From assembly GCA_012295275.1 (NCBI GenBank), contig CM022669.1, positions 6,572,001-6,636,000 on the forward strand: a stretch of 64,000 nt of DNA, in the 5' to 3' direction. Source of the DNA: Chrysomallon squamiferum. Lineage: Eukaryota; Animalia; Mollusca. Under the pieces are notes generated by a model. That model had not been told where the DNA came from. It saw nothing but the letters and a program-made list of their open reading frames with translations, and did not search any database. Each line of letters starts with the position of its first letter. Position 1 is the first letter of the stretch. A program made the position numbers and the translations under genes. Positions 38,131 to 57,389 of this stretch are shown piece after piece.

Positions 38131-40251
38131 TTAGCATCCTGTCATTCTGTCGACATTTCCAGGAATCAGCAAGGTACCGAAATATCTCATGCCTTCTATT
38201 ATTGGACTAGATCCGTCTTCTTGCCATGGTTTCAGTAGCCACGGAAACCAGCGGAATGGAGCTAAGATCAAATGTTCAAAGTCGTGATCAACAAAATCAT
38301 AACATGAAGGTAAAAATTCCATCGACAACAAGTGTTCCTGTCTCTGTGACTGGTACGTACAAACCTGTAAGCAAATATACATATAACAACAACTTCAAAT
38401 AGCACAGAAACGCAAGACAACAAGGGCGAAAAGATAACAGCATATTGCAGCATACTCAGTGAGGTGCGTCCAAGATACAACATAGGACGCACGACACTTT
38501 GTATACTGCAATATACTGACGTAATGTACAATCTAGAGAAATGGAAATACAGATAGCAACCAGATAGAGACATCCTGCTCGTTGATAATAAGGCATATCA
38601 TACAGCTGGAATTACAATGGTCGGAGAAGTTTCAATAGTAATGTTAACGATAGTACTTGCAGTGGTAGTAATAGTAATAGCACTAGTAGTTTAAGCAGTA
38701 ATGACTGTATAGTAGCATAAGACGCATTTCTAGACGGACCTTCTTTCTGAGAGAAAGATATTTCAACGACTCGCTCTCCATAAAGATCGTTTGTAGACGA
38801 TTTTGTTGTAAAAATATAATCACCGCGTTCCACAACCATCGCAAATCTGAAAGGTGAATAAATCGTATGACTTTGGAGAAAATGATAAAATACCCCAAAA
38901 TACTCACAAAATATGATTTAAATATCGATAAATGTATTTATTTTTCATTTTGTGATTCTATAAACTTATCTATGATTACTTCCTACTTTTTTAATGTTTT
39001 GCAAACTATCTATAACAATTATCTTACAGAAACTAAGTTTTTTAAATATTGATGATGTTTTTCAAGCGTGTATGGTGCACAAATACTTACATTTTGATTT
39101 TAACCAAATCACAGACGCATGTAAACAAATTCATATACAGTTTCTATACATCCGTCTCCTTAACAATAATTAACATATTTAATTTCTTCCCACGAAACCT
39201 GCACATAGTTACCAGAGACCAGATACAAACCTGGCTTGCATATCAGTAGATCTGTTGTTCTTAGACACAAATATCAGATGTTCGCCTGTCATGGTGATGC
39301 TGTTTCCATTTTCTATTGTTAACGTTCGGTAAGTGGCATTCACGTGTGGTTTTCGTTTTATAAAAGTTTTTACTTCTGAAAATATTCTCTTACTATTTTC
39401 CACTGGAAAAAACAAGAAATGGAAACAAAACAAAACAAAACCAAAAAAATCAATAAAATAAAATAAGGAAAGAAATAAAGAAAAAGAAAGAAAAATAATT
39501 AAAAAAAACAAGACAGAAAAAAAAAACGCAGAAAAAAATCAAACAACTAATGTGTTTTTATTTCTGTAATATTCGAAAATCCTTGATGTATTCAATCACG
39601 TTGAAAAGTACTTATTTTGACGGCTAATATCGGTCATTTATAGAGATGTATGTATTGAAGAAACTGAAATTGGTCTTCTTTCTCTGGACTTTTGAAGAAA
39701 TATATGCGTTTTATTGAATTACCCAAAATAAATATGAATTATATAACTTTCACCGACGTACAAAACCATTCCAGTTATAGTTAAGTAAGAAATATACCTT
39801 AACTTTTTCATACTAATTATAACTTTTCACTAATTCTTGGAATACATAATTACTTTTTAGATCTGGTGACCACAAATATATACAGACGTCTATCTATGTG
39901 ATATATTTTTGCACTTTGTGCTATGTAAAAATCATTAAAATGTATTAACCTGTCAGAACCTTATGGCCTGGATTAAGATATTTCATTTTCACGAGGGATC
40001 CGTCTTGAAGTTCAACCTCACTGTCAGCATGGAAACACTTACAGTTATCACAGCATTTATTAGGTCCCCAGTTGTCAGAACATCCACATTTACATTCATC
40101 TTTGGGATTTGTTCTCGCACCAGAAATAGAATAACAACGACAGAAATTCTTTGAAAGAAAACATATTCCAATTAAGGATTGAAAATGTTTTCATTATGCA
40201 TGTATGATGTTTTGTGAAGACATTCTTTTTCACCTTGTAATGAGAAAACTT
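38131..40251 (-). CDS. Hedgehog-related Hog protein: small 8-Cys N-terminal peptide + Hint autoprocessing domain + sterol-recognition-like region. Exons 40251-40234 (microexon), 40148-39950, 39402-39231, 38846-38740, 38364-38131. One extra T at ~38312-38316 (assembly error or young pseudogene). 5' exon uncertain.
   Basis: NFCRCYSISGARTNPKDECKCGCSDNWGPNKCCDNCK|CFHADSEVELQDGSLVKMKYLNPGHKVLT/VENSKRIFSEVKTFIKRKP...ITMTGEHLIFV.../RFAMVVERGDYIF.../GLYVPVTETGTLVVDGI[fs]LPSCYDFVDHDFEHLILAPFRWF. Shows the Hint CF start, the TxxH motif, the GxYxPxTxxGT..V..xSCY block and the H..xAPxR SRR motif of Hedgehog C-termini. Exon phases 1, 2 and 1 join correctly. Confidence 0.85.
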
Positions 40252-40754
40252 CTATAATATTGTTTTCGTTTAACGAATTTAGTGTACTACAGTAATGAAA
40301 TTTGAGACATGGAAAGAGGTACAAAAAGAGAGACAGAGAAAATCAGAGAGTGGGAGAGAGGGAAAAGAGAAAGGAGGCCTGGAATAGTTGTGAATAGAAC
40401 AGAGAGACAGAGAGCAGAGGGTTGGGAAAGGAGTGAACAAAATATTATGTTGTTATTTTAGATTCAAGAGAGATACTGAATTTAGAAACTTTATGCAACA
40501 GGGAATGTTTAATTAAAAGGTGTTAAAAATGACCAATATTTTTTAATATATACATACTTCACCTAGCTGATAGGCGCCAATAGCTGGAAATATGATTTAA
40601 ATAATTAATTTAGGTTGCTTTAAATAGGAAAGCATGAATCACTTATATATGATAAATCTGTTTTTCTTGATTTTATGATGTAAAATAATGAAATACAGGC
40701 AGTCATAGACAGAATAAAGAAGACATACAGAGGAAAGTAATATCAGTAGCCCGG

Positions 40755-40763
<9 letters not shown>

Positions 40764-40842
<79 letters not shown>
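40764..40842. repeat. (AG)n microsatellite
   Basis: Seen directly. Confidence 0.95.
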
Positions 40843-40845
<3 letters not shown>

Positions 40846-41984
40846 AATAAATCATGTGAGCACTGACTTTGTTGTCGAGTTTTCAGTTTTCTCACGTGAA
40901 ACTAAATTTTTACAAGAAGCATTAATAAAACGAATCACACAAAAAACGTTCATCTTTTAAAAACTCATTATACAAATTGATTCACTAAAAAAAATAAAAA
41001 AATAAAAAAATAAAAATAAAAAAAATTAAATAAAAAAAATATGTTATTTGTTTTTCACATTTCTTAAAAGCGTTTGCAAGTCTAAAAAATAAACAACTAT
41101 TTTTGAAACGTCAGGTTTTGTTTTCGTTTTAAATGAGCGACCGTATTGAAAAAAACGTATTTAGTTATCGCTTGTGCCCATCTGTAATATGTATAAAGTA
41201 TAGAAAATCATACAAATTTTGGTTATAATATTTTTTGTTATTTTATCCAATCTCTCTGAACCGCAACGTATGATGCTACTTCGGCAACTGCTATGATTAT
41301 TAAGTGACGGGTAATGATATCAAGAATACAGTTTAGAAATTAGCTTGTAGATGTACTCTGTATCATTCTTAAATACTAAATGAACAGAGGAAAGGTTCCA
41401 TCCATCAAAACACATTTTCTTAGAGGCCAAGTGATAATGCTTAAAGAAAGGCGAAATTATTTATTTTCGTCACATGTGACCTGCACGAGCGATCATTTTC
41501 TTATTTCGAGTAAACATTTGCTTATTTCAGTAATGTTAAAAATTAAAATGATAAAAACAAGTAACAACTTTATCAACTTAAATGAATAATTTCAATGAAA
41601 ATTATTAGTTGAAACATTTAATTGTAACTGAATGTGTGAAAAATCAAACACTAACGAAAACATATTAGCTATTAAACAAATCTAGTAATTTCACAAAGTA
41701 AGAGAAAATTAATAAAATAATACCTAAAATCATCTACTTTTTTTGTCTCTTTACAACAGTATTCTCTACACAGATGAAACATTAAACAGTGAAAATTAAT
41801 ATTATCAATGTTTAATTGTGATGAAACGTGAAATTCAAAGACTAACGAAAATATAAAACACGAGCATAAACTTTTGTCGCAGAAATGAATTATATGTCTA
41901 AACCGGCCTCTTTATATCAGAGATGGCAAATAAAAAGCTAAAATAATTAGAATAAATTTCATATTAAACAAAATCTTATTTTAC

Positions 41985-42027
41985 CTTGTAACACGAAAAA
42001 AATAAATAAATAAGAAAAATCATCCAT
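41985..42027 (-). CDS. Candidate first (signal-peptide) exon of the Hog gene
   Basis: ATG-started short hydrophobic stretch (MDDFSYLFIFFVLQ in phase 1, or MIFLIYLFFSCYK in phase 0) ending in AAG|GTAAAA. AT-rich DNA can mimic this. Confidence 0.3.
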
Positions 42028-43504
42028 AGTTAGCTCACTGTTCAACAATGTTCTTTAAATGATTGAGTAGATTTTTATAATATATTTAATATATTCACAT
42101 ATACATAATTTATATATTATATATAATTTACATAAAAATGAATGCAATTTCAGGGTTTTAAAATATTTTCGGTTTTTATTCCATATTCATAAACCTTAGA
42201 TCTATTAGTGTCAGATTTTATGGATATCGCTTGCAGTTCTGAATACTTTAATTTGATTAATGTTCACATTATGAAATATGAAAATAAAACATATACAGTC
42301 CATGCAGTTTTAAGTTTTGTTTTATTTTTATACTTTCTTTTATTTCATTTTATTTTATTTTTATTTTTTTAATTTTATTTTATTCCGTTTTTATTTAATT
42401 ATCTATTTGTTTATTTATTTATTAATTAATTAATTTTTTTTGTTTTTCTTTCTGTTGTTGTCTTTTTTGTTGTAGTATTTTTGTCACGGTTGTTGTTATA
42501 GTACCATTATTTCTGCTATCCATATTACTGACGCTACTGATACTGCGAAAACTAATATTATTGTTGTTGTTGATGTTATCGTTTGTTCTGCTTCCACTAA
42601 CGTTTTGTGTTGCAAATATCATTTCAGTATTTTTCCTTTTCAGTTTTATTTTCGACTTTGGAAAAGTCGTATTAAATTACTACCTATGAAGCTGAAATAT
42701 TCTGAAGAGAAACCCTGCCCCCCAGCCCAAAAAAAGTGAGATCTAGATATTACAAGCCTCTTTTGTTCGCTTAATCAAAATAATATCTGGCTACTTCTAT
42801 GTGCCAAGACTTGATGTAGTATTTGACTACTATTAAAGTATGCAAACATTTTTCAATTTAATATGAGATATTTTATTTCCAAACGTTTATTATTAATTAC
42901 TGTCGCGGGACCGACACCATTAAATATCTTTAATATTTTACCAAGGCTCAATTTCGATTGAGAAGTGCTCTTGTGGCCATCTCACAAGGAATAATGTGAA
43001 TTATTTCATACGGAGAACCAATAGAAAAATAAGAATGTGCACTGAGAAAAAATTAACCACGTTAAATATGTCTATATGAATGGTTACCGAGAGAGGTTAT
43101 TTTTACCTTACGCTCAGTCAAAATAAGAACAGACAATGGCTTACCATACTTTTTAAATTAGTTGAAAAATATCTTTGTTTTCTTCATTTTGTTTTATTTA
43201 ATTTTATGTTTTAATTTTAAGTAATTTATCACATGACATTGCATATATACAGTTTTTATATTCTTCCGTAATAACCCTGAAGTAAAAAAATAAAGAAAAT
43301 AGCAAAAGAAACATTGACAACTTCTTTGATGTCCATATTTAAACGAGTAACTAAGGTAATTTTATGACTTTTGATATTGGACTATATCCTTCATCTTGTC
43401 ACGATTTCAGACGTCACAGGAGTAGTTGTAGTAGGAGGAGGCGTAGATGTAGGAGCCCTACTGGTAATAAATGTAGTAGTAGTTGCATAAACTGAAGGTA
43501 GTAC

Positions 43505-43567
43505 GTGCGATCTTTTTTCTCAGGGAAAGATATTATCGCGATTAAGGACTGTCCTGTCGAGAAAATC
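43505..43567 (-). pseudogene. Possible decayed remnant of Hog exon 38846-38740
   Basis: cag|ATTT...CGCGATAATATCTTTCCCTGAGAAAAAAG resembles cag|ATTT...CGCGGTGATTATATTTTT...ATATCTTTCTCTCAGAAAGAAG. Confidence 0.35.
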
Positions 43568-44023
43568 TGATAAAAAAGTCGAAATAATGTATTCTTCACA
43601 AGGTTGATATAATAAGCAAATACAAACTAATATTAACATATCTGTAAATGTATTCTTATATTGACGCCTTCTGCACTGTCTTAGAGATACAGAACAGTTA
43701 TCGTTAATTGCCAGTGACATTAACTAGAGTACTGAGTCTTGGACAGCTGGTATGGTGTGCTAATGAAACAATTTCAGGATGAGCTACTATGAATAATGGA
43801 ATAAATTCAAAATCGTAACTCATGCTTTAGATATTTAAATTTAGTACCTGTGTCCAAGAAGGAGGTCAACGTATTTCTACGACTCTTTTCCGAAATGAGA
43901 TGTCCTAAGGAACATTGAGAGCAGTGTTTTATGACAAAGACATTCTGCAAGACTATATTTTGTAATTTTTATTTTTTTCTGTTACTACTTCTACCACTAC
44001 TAATACTAATCCCTAAATTATAG

Positions 44024-44915
44024 AATTTTTTTCATTACAAAGGTAAAATGAATGTTTCTTAAAACGTCGTACATGCATGATGAAAACATTTGGAGGTTCT
44101 TACTTGGAATACGTTTCTTTCAAGATTTTGTGTGCTTGATGTGATTGGATTGGAAATAGAGTAAATCCTAGAGACGAATGTTTATGTGGTTGTTCTGATT
44201 AAATCTGTGGTAAAGATTGTAAGTGTTTTGATGCTGACAGTGAGCTCGAACTTGAATACGGATCCGTGATAAAAATGAAATATTTTAATTCAGGCCATAA
44301 GGTCCTGACAGGCTAATGCATTATAATTATTTTCACATCGCACAAATTGCAATACTATATCAGATAGATAGATGTCTGTATATATTTGTGGTCACCAGAT
44401 ATAAAAAGTTATTTTTTATTCCAAGAATTAGTGAACATTTATAATTAGTCTGTAATAGTTAAGGTACATTTCAAACTTAACTATATATCGTACGTCGCTG
44501 AAAATTACATAATTAATATTCTTGTTAGGTAATTCAATAAATCGCACGTTCTTCTTCAAAATTCCAATAGTGAAGACCAATTTCAGATTTTCCAATAAAA
44601 CCATGTCTATAAATGAACGATAGTAACACTCAAAATGCGCATTTTACAACGTGATTGAATAATTCGAGGATTTTTCAGTGTTACTGAAATACAAACACTT
44701 CAGTTGTTTGGTTTTTCTTTTCTACCGTTTTTATTTGTTAGAAAATGGTAAGAGGATATTTTCAGAAGTAAAAACTTTTATAAAATGAAAGCCACACGTG
44801 AATGTCTCTTATCGAACGTTAACAACAGAACATGGAAACAGCATCAGCATCACAGATGACCATCTGATATTTAGAAACGTGTATTAGAACAACAGATCGA
44901 CTAAAACAAGTCAGA
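44024..44915 (+). pseudogene. Inverted-duplicate Hog pseudogene (microexon 44024-44042, Cys-peptide/CF exon 44125-44311, TxxH exon ~44742-44915)
   Basis: LCA*CDWIGNRVNPRDECLCGCSD*ICGKDCK|CFDADSELELEYGSVIKMKYFNSGHKVLT and ENGKRIFSEVKTFIK*KPHVNVSYRTLTTEHGNSISITDDHLIF. Contains in-frame stops and a donor mutated to GC. The introns are reverse-complement homologous to ~38950-40250. Confidence 0.85.
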
Positions 44916-46785
44916 AATGTATCTTGTATCTGGTAATTATGTACATACTGCAAGGGAAAAAATGTAATTATTATTAAGAAAGATGGAAGTATAGAAAGTG
45001 TGTGTGTTTGTGTGTGTTTGTTGTTGTTCCATATGTACACATTAATATATAGGTGTTTTGGCGAAACATCTACTAATACTTGTTTATTTGCTTCTATAAC
45101 CTCGCTAAAATGAAAATTTAAGAATCTGCGGACCATACACCCTTGCAAAACTCACTGATATTTACAAAACATAGTTTCTGTAAGATAACTGTTACAAATC
45201 GCTTGCAAAATATCAAACAAAGGAGAACGTAATTTTATAGATCACAAAATATCTAAATACCAATATTGAATTTTTTTTTTTTTTTCAACAGTCATTTCCA
45301 GGATGGCAATATATGGATATAGAAACTTAAATCAGTAAAAATATAGTAATTACTATTTTCACTTTATTTTACTTTAGAGTAATTTCTAATTTGTCTAATA
45401 ATGTGTGTCACTGGCTGATAAATATGTAGATTAATTCTTGATTTTATTAGCTTGCAGTTTGTTGTTTTATTTACTGATCAGTCTAAATTTATTATTATTT
45501 AGTAATAGTAACTGTTATTTTTATGTTTGGGTTTAGCTCCTTATAAAATGATTTAAAAAAGAAAGATAATTACTACTGAATCCGTTACACTTATTTTGGG
45601 TAAACCTGGATATGACATCATTCAGTATTACTTCACATTAACACTTCTAATGCCTGGGAAAAAAGCCAGCAAATTGTTTGAGAGTAAAATTGTTAACCAA
45701 TGCTTTCGTTTTATATAATGCGTTTGATGAAGAATTCCACTCATTGTAATTCTAATTTAAAAACGACAACAATTTAAAAATAACTTTACAAGAAATCACA
45801 ATAAAAAATAAAATAAAATAAAATAAAACCCAACACAATTTAGTTGGAAACTGGGTATTTGAGAACTGCAGATAATGACTAGAATACTTTTAAAACCGGT
45901 ACAAATATGTGCTATAACTGACTTTGAAGTTATTTCTCTTAAAGAATTTTCATAAATTAACAGAATTCCAAGAAATCACTGCTATCAAATCTGTAAAATT
46001 TTGAGACATAATTGGCTTCAGGAGAAGCTGGGAAGAGAAGTTCTAAAGCTCAATAATGTGGATCGTGATACAATTGCTTCTCTGACCAAAGATTTCATTT
46101 GTTCTCCTGATTTATCCCGTTTGTTCGGACATAAGACAGGGAATATCAGTATTCCCACAAACTCAACTCAGACTCGCCGCTAATTCAGTTAAACTCGCAA
46201 GATTTCTGGATTTAATTATCGTTACTATTAACAAAATACTTTACAAATCGTTTCCAGCTCAGATTAGCATTTTGAATGAAAACTACTCGTGTTAAATGTG
46301 ATGAAATGTCAAATTGTAACGAAAATATAAAATACGGAGATAGGTAATTCGTTTAAATGCATGATCCTAGAACATTATATATATAATAATTTGAATAAAT
46401 ATTAAAATATAATTTAAGCGTTTTCATTTAATAGTGTTTGTTGCATACCTCTCTATGAAGTTTACATCCATCAATGTAACACTCTTTGAGTATCGCTGAC
46501 TGATCTGAATATTTTAGTTTTAATAAACTTTTCACACGGAAGAATGACAGATATGCGCTGTGTGCAGTTTTCAGTCTCGTTTATATATATATAATTATTA
46601 TTATTATCATTACCATCATCATCATCATCATCAAAATTTTGTTGGTAAGAAAACGTCTGAATCTTTGTGTATATCTGTCTATCTATCTACTGTTTTTTTT
46701 TAATTTAATTTAATTTTTTATATATATATATAATTATAATTATTATTATTTTTATCATCATCATCATCATCATAATAATAATAAC

Positions 46786-46818
<33 letters not shown>

Positions 46819-47867
46819 TAGTTACTATTCAAAGATATTATAGTTATTATGATTATCTTTCGGCAAATAAAATAATAATAAAAATACTAACAATAACAAA
46901 ATAACAAAAAATAACAAAGAAACAAAGAACAAATAAATTAATTTGATTAATTTTATGTTATTTTTAGAGAAAAAAAAAAAAAGACATTTTTTTTTTTTTT
47001 TTTTTATTAGATAAAGTAAAAAGAATTTCTCTGCAATCAGTACTTCACTTTGCCCTATGATACCTAGAATGTCTGTAAACAAAATTTTCTCCGTAGCAGA
47101 ATGGTATAGGCGTCCTGAGTCTCCGGAATGTTGTCTATGAACAGTGTGCAATAAGACGGACATCAGACACCTTGTCTGTATACCCAGATATTCATATATA
47201 TATATATACACACATTTAATGATTTATGTAACCTGTATGCAAGGATACCTACATACCTACCTGCCTACTTGCCTAGAAACAAACCAATAACAAACAACGT
47301 ACATACACATTTCCAGTTTCTATTTTTCTACTTTTAAATCGTCTCCTCCTTGATCCAGTCTTGAGGTTTATAAGTATTGACATGTTTGATTAATAAGGAG
47401 TATCTTCATACGTAATTAGATAACTCGAAATTAGATACAATAAAATAACATTCTTGAAGATCAGATTTGTTTCCATTATAACGAAGTTATATTTCCTTAT
47501 GTATTACATGCCACCGTTAATATACTGGGCACCCTAGAATAACAACAGCAACAGCAGCAGCAACAAGCAACAACAACAACAACAACAATAATAATAATAA
47601 TAATAATAATAGTAATAATAATAGTGATATTAATAGTAGTAGTACCATTAACTATTTGAGTAGAATTTCTTATAGTAATAATAGCAGTAAATGTGGTAGT
47701 AATAACTGAACATTTGACACAGGTAGAAAAACAAAATGACAAGGTCAGTGGATCAAGAAAAAAGAAGAATTATTAAAAGAGAAGAATGCTGTTGCTGCCA
47801 CTTGCTGGACTTTTGATAAAATGACGATTATAACGAAAACTAAATATTTATTTATTCGTTCGTTGAT

Positions 47868-54885
<7,018 letters not shown>

Positions 54886-54964
54886 TATTACACAATTTAT
54901 ACCGTTTTGTATTCGTTATCTCAGGAGTTAACAGTGGATACTGCGCCACTTTGACAACATTTTG

Positions 54965-55018
54965 TTTATATAACCAGGACGTTCCGTGTTTTATTTGAGT
55001 AGTTTGTTTCTTCATTGG
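54965..55018 (-). promoter_or_regulatory. TATA box (54965-54972) and CCAAT (55014-55018) of the 8-domain gene
   Basis: TATATAAA lies 80 nt upstream of the ATG. Identical spacing in the paralogues (60229-60236 with 60278-60282; 63447-63454 with 63496-63500). Confidence 0.7.
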
Positions 55019-55299
55019 TTATCTCCGTTGACTCTACCGAATCGTGGTGTTGAATTAGTCATGAAATCTACGTCCACAAATATATTTCAACTTATAAAAC
55101 AATTCGGCGGCTTTGTTCAATATAAACTCAATGGAAATTGTTTTCCGTAATAAAACATTATTTTGCGTTGAGATTATCGTGATAATAAATATTTCAAGTT
55201 TAAGATAAGTAACGCATGTTAATGAGAATAAAGAAAACAAGAAAAAACACACGAAGGAAAGAGTGGAGAAAAACAACATAAGAGGAACACAATATAAAC

Positions 55300-55575
55300 T
55301 CAATGCAAATTGTTTTCCATTGGGCATAAAGATTTCTCTTTCGAAAACGACATGCCTCCTTTTCAACAAAAAATCAAACAACAGCAAGATCACACTAAAC
55401 ATCGACAACAACGTCATAACACAAACAAAAACATTCAAATTCGACAGTCAACTCAACTTCCGATGCCACATACACAATATAATTGCATCCTGCAAAAAAA
55501 CAATCAATCTTTTAAAGTTAATTTCCGTAACCAGTTGGGGAGCAAACGAGTCAACGCTGATTTTAACAACAATTA
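55300..55575 (+). mobile_element. Non-LTR retrotransposon (LINE, I-group-like) RT C-terminal fragment
   Basis: GIKISLSKTTCLLF...ITQTKTFK-FDSQLNFRCHIHNIIASCKKTINLLKLISVTSWGAN matches the pattern G..(F/I)s..KT....F...KfLG..fD.kL.f..HI......c.k.ln.lk.ls...WGa, with the YLG block deleted. It interrupts the duplicated upstream region. Confidence 0.75.
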
Positions 55576-57039
55576 TATGAATTTATTGAATTTCAGACTG
55601 ATCGGTTGAACAGTCGATGGATCTGCGGATGGAACGGCTGATTGACGGATCAGTTTGAGTGGCCATTTAAATTAATAATTAAAAACAAAACTATACGTGC
55701 TATACGCACCTACTTTCAGACCATACTAACCTGTTTTTTTTCCTTCTCTTGTACATAATAAATGAAAATAAGTTCATGTTCTGCAAATATTTATAACATC
55801 TTTTAAATTAAAATAGAAAAATAAAATAAAATAAAATAAAATGTAAATAAGTTAACTACACTTATGTTATTCTTTTTAGTTACAGGTGTTCACAGCATCC
55901 TTTTAATCAATAAAAATACCAATGGCAAAAAAAAAAAAAAAGAAAAAAAGTTGGAATTGTTGGACCAGAAGAAACCAGCCAAAAAGAACAAAGAAACAGC
56001 AGCACCAGCCGACAAGAGGACAAACAAACAGGACGCAACCAACACGGACCCGGTGATGACTAGGAGAGCTTCAACGAGCCATACAAGTACCTGAAACAAC
56101 AAGGAGCGGATAACGTCTACGAAACATCGGAACCGACTCGTTACGATCTGATATGTTGGATCTGATCTGATCCCTTGTGTCCTGCAATCGTATCGAGAAC
56201 CCATTCTCTTTCCTTATCCAAAACTCTTTTCTGCGACAGGCACGAGTATGGTAAGCAACTATCTTTTGTTATTTTGATAGGGTGTAATGTGCAATTAACC
56301 TGTGTCAATAAAATTTATTATACCTTAAATTTTAATAGTTTAATCTGACCTCCGTGCAGATTCTTATTTTGTCTTGGTTCCCCGTATCACCTTACTAGTA
56401 TGACCTTACTCGTATCATTAATCAAAATTACTTAAACGTATGTTTTATGATTATACAATGTATTATTATCAAGTCCCCTATATATCAAATTTAATACTTA
56501 ACATGAACCTTAACTTGGCTTGTGTTTGTTTCTGTAATGGATAGATAGACTTACTGATTTATATAGAGTGCTGTCAGTTTAGAGTATATATTCTATGTTA
56601 GGTGGCCATTAACGCACCTTGTTACCCTAGACTGAGCCATAATAAAACATACAAGGTGGTTAAAGTGTGAGCACCGAGACAACGTGTTTACATGTGTCGT
56701 CTTGACACTTACATTTAGTATTTGACTTTTCCGAAGATTCAATGAAATGCAACTCTTGGTTGAAATGCATTGAAATTCTTCTTCTTTGTATGTATACCTG
56801 TATGGGTATCATCTGTATGTGTTTGTGTGTATGCATATATATCTATGTGGACGTATTTATGTATATCAATATGTACCTATGTATGTATGCATGTAAATAT
56901 GTATTTACATGTAGGTAGTTATTAGTTTTGGATTTTGAATATTCTTTGTCTTGTGTACCTGTGATTAGATTCTGCACGTATACAATATTCGGAAACGCAT
57001 TGGCGTAGGAGGACAAAGTCCAATCACAACCTCACAAAT

Positions 57040-57125
57040 CCCGTCAGATGCCGTTGACGAGACTCGAACGTATGACTCCTCTTTCCCCGCACTCTGAAGG
57101 CGTACGACATTACCGTTCTCAGAAA
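57040..57125 (-). mobile_element. tRNA-derived SINE head remnant
   Basis: The minus strand reads ...GAACGGTAATGTCGTACGCC...CGTTCGAGTCTCGTCAACGGCA (A-box-like and B-box GTTCGAG). It does not fold into a clean cloverleaf. It lies between ~80-bp direct repeats (56920-57000 and 57225-57302). Confidence 0.45.
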
Positions 57126-57389
57126 CGGGTAATCATCGCTTCCCACGAAGCCCGCTATTTCTTTTGTTTTTCGTCAGTTTTGCATGCATCTATTTTTTTG
57201 TGGGAAACCTGGCACTGGCAAGTATGTAGTTTAGGATTTTGAACATTCTCTGTCTTATGTACGTCTGATTAGACTCTGCACATGGAAAATACTCGGGAAC
57301 GCTTTTATTATGTCCCATCTCTTTGCAATTAATGTTTTGTCGTGACTGTACGAATTAAAGATTTTCTTACATATAAAATCTGCTTGTAG

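Noticed and set aside
38131-40148. Calling the Hog gene hedgehog itself or a mobile intein
   Set aside because: There is no Hedge signalling domain before CF and no intein C-terminal HN-C/S/T. It has an SRR-like tail and spliceosomal introns.
46001-46183. 60-aa ORF with SPDLSRLF, faintly like a Gypsy RT-RNaseH linker
   Set aside because: Too short and lacks the TDAS motif, so it cannot be supported by eye.
56130-56230. SDPLC.CNRIENPFSF-like stretch resembling the Cys-rich 3' end of a CR1/L2 ORF2
   Set aside because: Needs a frameshift and is too degenerate to call separately.
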